Below are positions 39,040-52,821 of a stretch of 64,000 nt of DNA, one piece after another. Origin of the DNA: Podarcis vaucheri. Lineage: Eukaryota. Each line of letters starts with the position of its first letter. Position 1 is the stretch's first letter. The translations under genes were made by a program, and so were the position numbers. The stretch is taken from NCBI GenBank assembly GCA_965113315.1, contig OZ220366.1. One strand, written 5' to 3'. The notes beneath the pieces are model-generated. The model ran no database searches and had not been told where the DNA came from. It saw nothing but the letters and a program-made list of their open reading frames with translations.

Positions 39040-39056
39040 GCCACTAGATGGTGCTG
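39040..39056 (+). promoter_or_regulatory. CTCF-like motif between the TXLNG 3' end and the REPS2 promoter
   Basis: GCCACTAGATGGTGCTG, close to the CTCF core CCASYAGRKGGCRC. Confidence 0.55.
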
Positions 39057-39461
39057 GTAAACTCTTTTGATGCACTACTGACGGAAATTGAATGGAGTTT
39101 TCCATCCCATTATTAAAGGAATGTTTAAGACAGCTATGGTGTTTTAACATTTAGATACACTGATGGAAGGGCTTTGCTTTCAATTCTGAATCCTTAGGAT
39201 AGCTATGGAAGTGCAAAACTGCATGTTTACAATTCACTTAATAATATGTAGAGTGAACACTACCCATCTATGGACAAGATCTACAGCCAGAAAAGTGAAA
39301 TTTAGTTGAGAACTCTTAAAAAAAAAAAAGACACATAGCCTAGTATATTAAGCACACATATTTACTTAATTTATACAGAACTGAGTAGATAAAATTTCAG
39401 ATTCACATTAGTGAAAAATCTCTACAAAATGTTCTTGAAAAGCAAAAACAAGACTGGCTAT

Positions 39462-39467
39462 TTTATT
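39462..39467 (-). terminator. Candidate distal TXLNG polyadenylation signal
   Basis: AATAAA on the minus strand followed by a U/GU-rich tract (tcttgtttttgcttttc); a proximal AATAAA with upstream TGTA is at 41238-41243. Confidence 0.45.
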
Positions 39468-42412
39468 CAGCATTTCTTTTTCATGAAAGCAGGTATGGGT
39501 TGTAAAAATAAAGCAGAGTGTTCGGCACAAACTAAATATCTGCATCACTTTTCACAGTTATTTCCATCTACAGTCTGAAGAGGTAGATTTTCTGCAACAC
39601 CTGAGAACTGAACGGTAACATAACCAGGTGTAAGAGAGAGAGGAGAAGGGATTGGAAAGATACAGCCCCCAAGCATGTATGCAAATACGCTTAAGAATTA
39701 CAAATGAAAAAGAGTGTTGGCTTTGAGGGTCCTGTGTGAGAATAGTTTAAGATTCTAGGGCTTAATCGGCAGATTTGAACCACCGGTTATGCAATAGGAA
39801 AAACAGTGCACTTCCCCCCCCCTACACTGTACGCATCGTTGCAAAAGGTATAAAGAGATGCACGGTACAAGCAACAGCCTTAAGTTTAGCACATGATTAC
39901 TGGAATTCGCACATTAAAGCAGCTGCCAGTAGTAAGCATGGGTTGTACAGGTGGAAGTACATTGGAAAAAAGAGCTGGAGAACAGCAGCGCAATTCCAGA
40001 TCAGACAAGGACTGCACTTATCCCATGCTGGCCCTGTCACTGGTCAATGTATGGAATGTCTTAAGATTTCAGGAAACAAAATTTAGTTCTACACTTAGAA
40101 AAGACAGGAACCAGAAAGAATAGTCAATTCAATTACTTTTAAGTATTAGTGGCCACAATCCTTAGGGTGTTTTTAGCTATAACGTGGAAGCAATTTTTAA
40201 TGCACCAGGACCTAAAGTCTACTCTTCTCTAAAGAGAGCAAACGTTACACCAATCCTGGCTACAGGCAAGGCAACCACATACATTGGGTTGGTGGGGTGG
40301 GATGGTTCAGATACACCGCAGTTCGGTCCTTCAAAATTGCATTCAGTTTCAAATTATTTACTATGACGTCTTTGCTTACACATATATGCTTTAAAGTATT
40401 GGACAAGGTTTTTTGTTTTGTTTTTTTAAAGGAAACATCAGAAAATTTCTCTCCGGAATCAATTACAATCAAATGGTTATGACAGACAAAGCTCATTCTA
40501 CCCTTCCTCACTGTAAACCTCCCACCAGCTTTGCTTTCTTTTACTGTACTTGAAATGCATACCAAAAAAGAAAAGAAAAAACTGCAAATGCACCTTATAA
40601 GGAATATTAACTGGCCAGTTTCCAAATTAGGTCACTGCAGATGCCAATTTGATTTTGCTCAATGGTATTAGGTAACATTCAGTAGGTGTGATCCAACCTT
40701 TATTTCCTTTCAAGACATCTATTTCCATTCTGTACATTTCACCAGGAAAAGGGTAGCACATAGCAACATAGCCTGAACATTCAAGTATTCTGCAACTCAG
40801 AGAGAATGGGTAGGCAAGGAGAGAATCTGCCAACAATTATGTGCTTGAGTCAGAAATCTCTTAAAAATGAAAACCAAATTAGATACTAGAAATAGGAGTA
40901 TTTGTATTTTTCAAAACAACCAGCAACTAGAAAGCTACTAACTGCAAGGCAGAGTTAAACAGCAGCTTCTGACCTAGTAGCACTCTGCCTAACATTAACA
41001 AAGAAAACACTATTGGTCCCTGTCTTTTAAATAAATAAAAGAAACACAAGTCCAAATTATGGGGGTATCTGGGCTTTTCCAGGTCAATTACATTCACAAC
41101 ACTAACCACAAACGCAACAGAAATAAAGTGGAGCCTCGCTTGCTGTATATTAGTTAACTGATGTGCCAAATCTACCAGGTAACCTATAGATACCAGAAGG
41201 CACTTTTGCTTACAGGTGTTTTATCTAGTCATACATTTTTATTTTACAAAAAGCAATAGTTGAGAAAACAGATCAGAGTATTCCCCCTCCATCCCTAGAC
41301 GACAAACTGTATTATCTATACTCTGACCTATCCTTGTTAAATAGGCAAGTACGTTTTCATGGGAACATGTTTCCAGTCAAATATGTGCATTATGGTCTGC
41401 TGTACTGTCTATTAAAGGGACCAACAGATGGAGCGTTATTGGTCATTACACTCATTTTCAGTGAACACCTTTGTAGCTGTTCATTATTTCATGCTAATTA
41501 GGCACCAAACCTAGTGAAGAAATAATGGCAGAAAAAAGTACTTTTGCCTTGCACCCACAAACCAAAAACCCATTGCATTTTGTTTTATCAGAAAAGCCAC
41601 AACTACACACATGCATTTGTAGGCAGTAGGTTTTAACTATTAAGGTTTTATCTCCAGGATGATGCAAAAGTGTGCTCAAAATGCATCTGAATTTTGGTTG
41701 GTGGTTAATTGGACAAACTTCTGAGCGCCTGTTTTCTTCCCTTTTTTCTTCACTTTAACAGGTCAGGCAACAGTCACTCTGTCTATGAATTGACTGTGCA
41801 GGACAATCCTGAGAAATATGTGAGTTGTACACCCTGTTTTCCAGTTGCAAAATTATATAGATTTCAAAGCTGTAGGCAAGACTGCAGCTACACTAAACCC
41901 TGTAAGAGTTTTTAGTTTTGTTCATATATGAATCCAGTAATGAGCTTCCACTGGCCATCACATCTCCAATTACAGTTCACTGTAGTATTTGGTCATTACA
42001 ATTCAATACTAAGCCTTAATTCACTTAATAGAACCAACGATTCCCTCCCCCGCCCCCAAACCCGAGTCTGCAACACTCTGGCCACAGTTGTTCCCCTGAC
42101 ATGATGTTAAATCTGTACACGAGTCTTAGATGACATGGTGATGTGTGCTATGGGGTCAGAAGGAAGGAATCTGCATGCATCCTTTATGAGTTCTGTTTTA
42201 AAAAACGAGGCAGATGTGCAACACAGTTGTGGAAAATTTATAGATAAGCTATTCAATAGCCGCTATGCAGCTTCCTGTACCAGGCAAGTTCTGTTCTAAG
42301 AAAATACAGATATGGTAGAAAAAGTAAGAAAATTTTCACCACAAAACTAAGAGTTACCACCACCAGTTAAAGTTATACACAAAATATATCTCTCAATACA
42401 GTGTTTACACTT

Positions 42413-42739
42413 TTAGTCAACAAAATCTGCAGTAGGAATGGAACCCAGGCAAACAGTTTTTTCAGAGCCTTCATTTGCCACTGATGATTCAGGATCTGGC
42501 TGAATTCCTTCTTGCGCTCCATTGGTAGAACTCCCCAGTTCCTCATGCGAATTGAGTGAGCATGACTGCAGCACATGCACAGCTAGATCAACATCTGTTT
42601 CTCTTAAAGAAACCTGTTCCTTAAGAACTTCCACCTTCTCATTCAGCTCATTCCTTTCTGTTTGAAGAGCCCTGCACAGCTTTTCCAAACGCTCCAGTTT
42701 TATTTGGAAGCCTTTGTATTCTTTGTCCTTCACTGTTTT
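42413..42739 (-). CDS. TXLNG: TXLNG (gamma-taxilin) exon 10, terminal coding exon
   Basis: ctgcAG acceptor; KTVKDKEYKGFQIKLERLEKLCRALQTERNELNEKVEVLKEQVS...ADFVD-stop. Confidence 0.95.
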   Translation of the reverse strand, partial: KTVKDKEYKGFQIKLERLEKLCRALQTERNELNEKVEVLKEQVSLRETDVDLAVHVLQSCSLNSHEELGSSTNGAQEGIQPDPESSVANEGSEKTVCLGSIPTADFVD

Positions 42740-43523
42740 CTGCAGAAAACAAGCAAGAGATTGCACATGATGACATTTGTGTGACCTGTTTCTGATTATT
42801 CCTCGTTGCTGCGGATGCTGTAATATTATCTGCTCTTTTTATTTTAGGATTGCATGTTTGGTTGGTTTTCATTTATATATTGTTGTACCCTGCATTACAA
42901 TGAAGAGCATGCTAGAAATGCTTGAAATGTTCAGAAACAAGATAATTAATTATATGTTTAGGAGCATTAAGCAGGGCCCTCCCTTGTTTAACCAGAAGAT
43001 ATTAATAAAAGTGATTTGTATAAAAATAACTGGTAACTATTTCACAAGAGAAAAAGAAATACAACAGGCAGTATAGAACAAAGAGCTGCTGCTAGTGCAA
43101 GGACTTTTGGCTGTGAATCAGAACTTCGCCTCCCTCTGGGGTCCCACCAACCTTTTGGAGCAGATTTGGGAAGGGTGCAGGGGGTACATAGGGAAGGCAA
43201 GTTAAACTGCACTAGTGAAATCACTTAGCAGCATACACTGCCCAATGTATTTAGAATATGATTGAAGACATCTATTCAAAATAAATTTGTTCACCAAGAC
43301 AGCCAAATTATTTGTATGGATCATGACATCAACAAGCTTATCCACAAACATAATAAAATCTAAAGCTTTTCTCAGCTGCTTTTGTACAGTCTGCTTTCCA
43401 ATGACGGGTTGGGAGACCTGGTGGTTTTGATTCAACTTCACATTCTACAAAGCTATACAAAACAGGCTACCTGCATAATATATAAGGCACACTGGATTTT
43501 TAATCATGAAACCTAATACTCAC

Positions 43524-43619
43524 TTCTTCAGCCATTTGCAAGAGAGCTTTGTTGTTGTTTTCCCATTTTGTGCGCCAAACTATTATTTCTTTTTCCAGTT
43601 TTTTTATCTTCTTGGTCAT
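43524..43619 (-). CDS. TXLNG: TXLNG exon 9
   Basis: ttcAG acceptor and GAA|GTGAGT donor; 96 nt; MTKKIKKLEKEIIVWRTKWENNNKALLQMAEE. Confidence 0.95.
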
Positions 43620-44315
43620 CTGAAACGTTAAAGTTATTGATTTCTTTTAAGCAAAAACATTTCACTACTTAAAACCAGGATGACCAGCCTTTTGGTGACC
43701 ACTAACTCCCATGAGCCTCAGCCTGCTGGTGCCTGAGGCCTAAGATTAGCCAATCCTACCTTTTAAGTCTCAATGCCTCTTTATTCTTAAGTCACTCAAG
43801 CTCACTGTTTAAAATGAGATGTTAAACTGGGGAAAAAAACATTACGGGAGGAATTCAACACAGTGCTAAGGTGAATGTTCCATCAGCAGGAGGATTTTCC
43901 CTTGTGCAATGGAACTTTCTCCCCTCTCCTCCCTACATGTTTCATTTAAAGGTTTTTGTTTTTGTTTTAAGTGCACTATAATATCTCCCACAAGAAAAGC
44001 ATACCAAGATCACTCAGTTATTGGCATTTTAGTAATTAAAATCATTAATAACTTTTAACGGTGGTGATTTCAATAATTAAGATGTGCACAGGCTAGCTAG
44101 GTCTCTTTCACAGTGCAATTCTAGACCTCTTTTCTCAGAAGTTAAGTTTCACTGAGTTCAATGGGTCTTACTCATGGGTGAATGTATATAGGATTCGGCC
44201 ACTAGGACTGGGAGGGCGGACCATAGCAAGAGTCTGTGGCAGGTGGAACCAACTCATTCTAGTTTTGTGTCTGTCCGCCTCCCTGCTGCATTCCACGAGG
44301 GCAAAACCGAGGCTA

Positions 44316-44657
<342 letters not shown>

Positions 44658-46364
44658 TTAGAGTTACACATAAAATGCAGTAGCTACACAATGGAAATTC
44701 CACTATTTGGTAAACAGTGAAATATGTGATTTCAAAAGACTGAACTTCACTTATGTGACAATTACCTAAGGATGAGGTGGCTTTCAAAGCAGAACAGCAT
44801 GCTAAAGGAGTTAAAAATAATGAGAATAAAGGATTCTTTGTTTTGCTGGGTTTGCTGGGTTGTAGTCAACAAAGTAGTCCCATGAGTAGTCCCACTGAAG
44901 TGAACGGCTTTGAACCCATTTCCTCCTCTGAAGGACTTTTATCTAAGCTCTATTCACTCAAGTTTTAAACTCAACCACCACCTATGCATGTGCACTAGGA
45001 AAAATCTTGCAAACTAACCATTCGTTCTCCCACTCCTCTCTTAGAACCAACAGATTAAGGATGCAATGCTACACACAGGTACCTGGGAGAAAGTTGCACT
45101 GAACTTAATGGTGCTTTCTCCTGAGTAGGCGTGTGTAGGATTGCACTGTAGGATACCTAACCCATATTAAAGTAATACAAATTCTTTTATTTGCATAGTA
45201 TGCAATAATGATGCAAAACTTGAGGTGGAAGGGAAGGTACTACAGGAATAACAAGTTCGTGAGTGGTTGAGCTGTCATGGGTGAACATATCTCATCAGTC
45301 CTCCACAAAACGTGACATGTAAATCCATCACAAACCTTTCAGGACACCACACAAGACATGTTTTTGCCAAAATCATTCTAGAAACAAAATTCCCAATTGA
45401 ACTGCTTATTTGTGCCACTATTGACCAAGATCTCTTTTACATTACGCTGCAGAATAAGGCATAGAACAAAAAAGCCAAGCCACTGGGTGCACAAAAATGG
45501 TTTTAATATTGTTAAGTCATTGCCAATATTATAGGTTAGTATGCAATTTGTTTCAGCACTGAGTTTCTCAGGGGTACTTTCCCATGCACTATTAGTAAGC
45601 ATTGGAAAAATGAAGTAAATCCAGCAGCATTTAGATTTAGGCAGGGCACTACCAAACCAAGAACCAAGGCATTAGAACTTTTTGCCACAAGGTAGAACTT
45701 TTCCACGTGGCATCATGCAGTGGAGGTTCATATTAAAATCTATTCTTGTTAGTGGGATCATCATACACTAGGAAAGTCTGGTTTTTGAGACTTACCTAGC
45801 ATGACATAAGAGCAGCCACTTAAAGTGATAAACCCACTCACAAGAATGGTTTCACAAGTACCTGCATTATGGCCCAAAAACAGCCACCTTGGAGAAAAAT
45901 AATAGTCCTGTGAATTTGCCAGAGACCAGCCAAAACGTACCCAGCACCATCAGAACAAGAAATGAGTTAATATACTGTTTTATAACAATAATAATAATAA
46001 TGTGCTCAAGCTAGTGCAAGGATTTCCCCTTGTGCAATAGAACTACTCCCTCTCCTCTCATGTGCCCCTCCCCAAATCTAGCAGGAAAAGTTGAGGGGAA
46101 CACCAGAACAGATTTAGGGGGACAGGTGAGCAGGAAGCTACTCATTATCTCAAGAGTTCACCAATCTTCCAAGGGGGGTGGAATTTCCCAACTCCTTTTA
46201 TCTTCCCTTTCCCAGGGGCTCCTTGTGGGTTTCCAACTTGTTTCACTGATTTGCTAGTTTCTGAAAATGTTTTAGAAATTCTAAGAGAACAAATAATTTT
46301 CTCAACCAAGTTTGTAACTAAGTGATTAACATCCTTAATGCAGCAAATGTTTAAATTAGTTTAC

Positions 46365-46439
46365 CTGCTGTTTTAATTGAGCTTCTTGCTGTTTCATCTG
46401 TTCACACTTGTGTCTAGACTCAGTAGCCTCTTTTAGTAG
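46365..46439 (-). CDS. TXLNG: TXLNG exon 7
   Basis: 75 nt, AG/GT bounded; LLKEATESRHKCEQMKQQEAQLKQQ. Confidence 0.95.
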
Positions 46440-47269
46440 CTGAAGAGGAAGAAAAATTGTATTGTCTCTACAGTACTTTTAAACCAAAGAAAGCACATCA
46501 TCTACATTTTGCTACGCCTTTATTCTTCCTATTTTATGTAAGATATTTTAAACAAAGTTATTTATTGGCAGAAGATGAAGAAACTTACCAGCCGGCATTC
46601 AAATTTAGAGCCATTTTTTCAAAGTCAATTAGAACAAATGTATTTGTTTTCTTAAGGTCAATTAAAGTGGTGATACATGAGAGAGACAAATTTACAAATA
46701 AATTCAAAAATATGAACATATTTAGCCAGTCTTACTGTATTTGGTTTTGTTTAGCAGTTCCTATTAACACTACTGCAGATTTCCACTCCTATATAGTATC
46801 ACTGGTTACTATATCCTAACTACTGGAGATTCTACAACACTACTGCAATTTTTTCTCTGCAAAGGTAAAGCTTTGGTTTTGAATGAACATCACTGGAAAG
46901 ACGTTCTGAGTTTAAGTGCGCTGAAGAATTTAATGCACCATGGATCACACAATGTGATGATCTCGTGTTCGGCAACATACTTTAATTGTTCACTAAAAAT
47001 ACACAGCTTTGTTGAGTAACTACAGAATATCTGTTCAAAATATTTTGAATGTATGGAATTATAAATATGTTAATCTGAAGATTTTCTTGTAGCAGTTTTT
47101 TTTTAATGCTCTCTTAAAACTGCTAGGCATCCCAGCCATCAGGAGTTAACACATCTGTATTTCTTCCGAGCAGAAGAAAAAATAATGGCATGTAGAAATG
47201 CATTACGTACTAAGCTGCTAAGAGGTAATGAGACCAGCAAGAAACAAAGCTGCATATATATGTATACCT

Positions 47270-47575
47270 GAAAGAGCATCTCCACCCCCCCCCATCATTC
47301 ACCCCGGAGAGATCCAGCACCGAGGGCCGTCTGGCAGTTCCCATACTGCAAGAAGTGAAGCTACAGGGAACTAGGTGCCCACCCTGTGGAATGCCCTCCC
47401 ATCAGATGTTAAGGAGATGAGTAATTATATAACATTTAGGAAACACCCGAAGGTAGCCCTGCATAGGTCTTACTATGTTTTTATATGTGCTGGAGGCTGC
47501 CCAGAGGGGCTGGGGCAACCCAGTCAGATGGGTGGGGTACAAATACATGCATACATGATTATTATTATTTATATA
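47270..47575 (+). mobile_element. L2-clade LINE 3' fragment
   Basis: PTLWNALP motif typical of L2/CR1-group ORF2 C-termini; same 3'UTR as the 8434 copy. Confidence 0.7.
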
Positions 47576-47771
47576 TTATACATTTTAGTGCTACAAATTT
47601 ACTCCATGCCAGTGAACTGTGTAGAAGTTGCCAAACTGCCCATTCTAGAGGACTTATGACCTATACAGATTACTGATAAGTTTGCTAACATACAGTAAGC
47701 ACGAGACAGAAAATTCAAATGGAGCAATTTACCATTTGTTCTAGTTCTAGTTTCAGGCCTAAAACGCACTA

Positions 47772-47963
<192 letters not shown>

Positions 47964-48639
47964 CTAGAAGAAAGCATGAATGTTGGTACCATCAATACCT
48001 AGTAAACCTTTTCAAAAGATTCAAAACTGAATCTTTAAAAAAACAACAACAAAACTTTAAAGTTACCCTCATGTTCATCATGGCTCTTACCTGGTTTAAC
48101 TAACTGGCCACCACCACATATGGAAAGCCATGCTTAACCTGGAAAACATGTGCTAGCAGTTTCGACACCATCAAAAAACCCTTGAAATCGAAGTGACCAC
48201 CACCAATGCATGACTGACGAAACACATGCAGGCTGCAATCCTATGCACACTTAGTAACCCCGCTTAACAGAGTAGGCTTACTTCTGAGTAAACATGCACA
48301 GGATTACACCATTAAGCAACAGGTGCTGCACATACACCCCACAAACATAAATTCTGATTCTAACACAGAATATAGTAATCTGCAGCATTTCAAAAACAAG
48401 TAAGCAGAAGCAGGCTTGAGAAAATGTTTAACGGCTTGACTTATAGTAGAGGCTTTTTTATTTTATTAAGGAGCAGGATCAAAGACTGAGAAGTACAGCC
48501 ATCGAGATGAAACGTAGATAACCAGAAGCTGATTTCAAATAGTATTGTTTAGCAGCATTAACTCTGTAAGACACACTATACAATGGATTATTCAATACTA
48601 AATAGAACAAGCAGTAACTGAAGTTTGGAGAGGGTGGTA

Positions 48640-48680
48640 AATAAAATAAAATAAAATAAAATAATAATAATAATAATAAT
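48640..48680. repeat. (AAAAT)n-(AAT)n microsatellite
   Basis: Read directly from the sequence. Confidence 0.9.
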
Positions 48681-49640
48681 GCCATTCAGAGTTTCTATTT
48701 AGTTAACTGGTGCAATTTAAACACTTTGGAATTTCAATAAGAGTGTCTTATGGATCCCCGAAGGAATGCAACAGCATTTTTAAAATGTAAAATGGAGAAC
48801 ATCTGTATGTGTTCACTCTTAAGGTAACTCTTGGACTGGTACTTTCTCTCAACCCAATTTACCATGTTTACCAATTTACCCTTGCTTCCAGGAGGAAGGG
48901 CAGGACAACAAGAGAGGGTTTGATTTAGAGCTGCACCGAGCAAAACATGGGACAATACTATGGAAGAAAGCAACATTTGTGAATTCTTTCTTCCCCTGAT
49001 ACCTGCTGAAAATCTGAATGGAGGGCAGGGTAATGGACCCTCCATCACAGAGTAAGAGATGGGGTGCTGCGGGTGGAGTCAGTGAAAATAATGGCCCTCC
49101 TTGTTTCTTCAGCAGAGCCTTCACTGGAGCTCTGCCCTCTCTGTAAATTGAAGGAACTATTCCATTCGTTGAAAGGCAACTCTGGATACAACCCAGAGTG
49201 TCTGAAAGAGCCAGAACCTGTGGCCTTCCAGATTATTGCTGGACTGCAACTCTCATCAGCCCCAGTCAGCATGACCAATGGACAGGGATTATAAAGTCAA
49301 GAGCGCAGGTGGAGGACCACAGGTTCCCCACATGACTATACAGAAACATTGTATAGATCAAACATTTGCTCCTAAGTTGAGGTAAGTAGAATTTGTATTC
49401 CTTTCTGTATTTCTTTATATTGTGCAAATACTGCATCTTATGAAGTCAAGCTTTAAATGATGTCTCCTTCCTTCTACGTGTGACCTTTGATTATTAATTA
49501 CTTTGTCAAATGCATTTCCTGCAGCCAGAAGCCACTGCATCACATTCAAACCTAAGAGTAAATATGTTCATGTGAGATAATTTATCATCAAGCTGTAATA
49601 TTCCAAAATGAAATGCTATTGAATAACAAAGCAGTGTCTA

Positions 49641-49868
<228 letters not shown>

Positions 49869-51985
49869 TTACCAAGAGAGATTAAAGCAACATGTTTTTA
49901 CTAATTATTTTGGACAACAATTAAAAAAAAATCAGACCAATGTCATCTTAATGGTTTAGTCCCTTGGAATGGATGCTAGCTTCCACTTCTCTGGAACAAT
50001 TTGCCTATAAGACACATGAACATGCACTGTTTTGCTCTCCAACCAGGATACAGAAGCTTCTCAATAGGTTTTGTTGCTGAGGCACAATTATTAAGTTATA
50101 CCTCTTGAACTGGAGAAGTGGTGGCTATGAGCTTGAATCAGCAAAAGATAGCAGCTTATAAATACTTTTCCACGTACCAGCAGCTACTAGCACCAGACAG
50201 TTATTGTCACTTCATTTGCAAAATAGGCTGGTTTCTACTGAAGCAAGCAAGTCTATATTTTGGGGGAACAAGGAGCTATCAATTGTTTTCCACAGCAGAG
50301 CCTTTGTTGTTGTGCTTCCACACCTCTGCCTCATGAGAATCAATAGTCACCACAAGATCTACACCAACACCCAGCATGAGGTCCAACTTGCTGTTCTTGC
50401 TCCTGCCTTAAATATGCAGACAAGCTCCTGCCTCCATTGAAGTACAAGCGCATGGTATGCAAAATAACTCTTTTATCTAGAACTAGGCTGGTCAAACTTT
50501 GTGACTGACAGGTCTAGTAGGACACCCTAATTTTAACTTCTACTTAACTACAACTATCAACAAAAAGTGAGTAGTAGCACATTTCCATGAATTAAGGGCT
50601 GATCTAACTGAAGAATCAGGTTGTTTTTTCCAGAACAGTTGCACGTCACTACAGCTACTTCCCAAAGTGCTAACAATATCATAGCTTTAACTTCAGGATG
50701 GAATAAGGGAAGGATACAATTCACACTTGGAGTGATGCTATCTCCACAGGAGCTAGGAAAAGAACAGTATTGCCTTGCCCCCAATCTCCTCCCCCACTTG
50801 ATCAGAGCACAAGAACTTAATAAACTTCCTTATACTGAGTCCACTGGCCCATCTAAACCAGCAGCAGTGCTTTACAACTAGTAATGGCCTTTCCTCAATG
50901 TGCAATTTGCTAGGACTCTATGGGATACTGCATCACGTAGACTAGACTTTGTAACGCAGCAGGAGGCACCAGCAGATCTCCTTAAATGGGGCTGAGGCTT
51001 GTTACTTAGAGAACTAATCTCCCCAAAGGATGCTAGGGAGTGTCAGGGAGAGTCAAAAACTGATTTCCAGAGCTGGGAACAGGGAGGGAGGGGTGGACAT
51101 TCCCCCCTCTATTTGCTCTTGTTAAGTTTTTTGATGGTGTGAGAACAGTCTTTAATGTCCTGAGAATGTTGGGAGGAGGTGAACCCCCCCACACAGCTGC
51201 CTTCCTTAGTTGTGGAGGATAGTGCTGGGTGCCTTCTTTGATGTTTGACATTATTTTGAGAAAGTGAAGCAGTGGGAGGGGTTGGCAAATGGATGATCTG
51301 CACGTAACCAGTCTTGGAAGCCACACAGGCTATCTATAAAAAATTGGACAGTTTGGGCAGGTTTTTTTTGAAGCTCGTGCATGGACTGATCGGCTGCAGG
51401 GCCGTGCAGACTGAGGCTACCTGGGGGAGTCGCTTTGCCGCTTCCTGAAGGCTTCCAAGTAGCAGACCGAAGTGCTTGCTTGGTATGTATATATTGCTTG
51501 CTGTGTATTTTGTATTGCTTCTGAATCTCATTATAAAAGAACCACCTTGCCTTTGGCATGACAATACCCCATACCACCCTTCTGTATGCTGCTTAATCAT
51601 CTCAAGTGCTCTTACTACTACATCCTTGTCACACTGTACTTGCAATAATTCATTGCATCCAATATGGGTTTAGAGCTGGACACAAACTGAGAGAAGCCCA
51701 CCTGCTTTCTAGCCTCTTATCCCTGGGTCCCAGTGTAAAATGTATTAACAACCTTGTTCAGAGACACATTTCCAGGGGATAAGCAGCAGTCAACTTCTAT
51801 AGCAAAGGATCAAGCATCTTTGCTATAACATAGCATCAAGGAATAAACTAAACTGGTGCTCAATAGACTTGTGTTTCCATCCACTCCCAATTGTTTTCCA
51901 TTTTGCTATACTATTGTTTATATATTCCAGCAGCCACCCTATTTTTAGAAAATCATATTGCTCTCAGAATCTGCTTCATGTACTA

Positions 51986-52171
<186 letters not shown>

Positions 52172-52348
52172 CTAAATGAGAAAAAGAAGAGGTTAAAAAA
52201 CCCCTGAACCTATTCTTTGCCATTACCCTTTAGAACTGAAGTGGTTTTCTGTAGCCACAGTCTCCAACGGATTGCATTTGTTTTTAATCAATCAGATAAA
52301 TAGGCCATAAGCCAACAGAACCAGAACCTCACAATCACAACTTGCTAC

Positions 52349-52495
52349 AGAATCATAAAATTGTAAAAATTGAAGGGAGCCTGAGGATCATCTAGTCCAA
52401 CTCCCTGCAATGCAGGAATATGCAGCTGTCCCATATGGGGATCAAACCTGCAACCTTGGCGTTATCAGCACCAAACACTAACCAACTGAGCTATT
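52349..52495 (-). mobile_element. SINE with tRNA-Ile-like head and CR1-derived tail
   Basis: Minus strand tagctcagttggttag...tggtgctgataacgccaaggttgcaggtttgatcccc, then atattcctgcattgcagggagttggactagatga. Confidence 0.7.
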
Positions 52496-52592
52496 CACTT
52501 GGATTATGTTTCATTTCATTATAAATGAGCATAATCACATCCAGGTAAGATTGAGGACTGCTAGGGCCTCTTATCCAGACTGGAGAGATCTA

Positions 52593-52821
52593 CAGTGGTA
52601 CCTCTGGTTGTGAATGGGACCCGTTCTGGAGGCCCATTCGCAACATGAAAAGAGCGCAACCTGAAGCGCCGTATCTGCGTAGGTGCGTGGCGCAATTTGG
52701 TGCTTGTGCGCATGCGTGAGTGGTGAAACCCGGAAGTAACCCTTTCTGGTACTTCTGGGTCGCCGCGGGAAGTAACCTGAAAGAACGTAACACGAAACAA
52801 ACCTAACATGAGGTATGACTG
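52593..52821. mobile_element. Tigger-like MITE (family B, different interior)
   Basis: TA|CAGTGGTACCTC...GAGGTATGACTG|TA. Confidence 0.75.

Noticed and set aside
52420-52495. tRNA-like sequences (also about 21150-21215)
   Set aside because: Degenerate and fused to CR1 tails, so these are SINE heads rather than functional tRNA genes.
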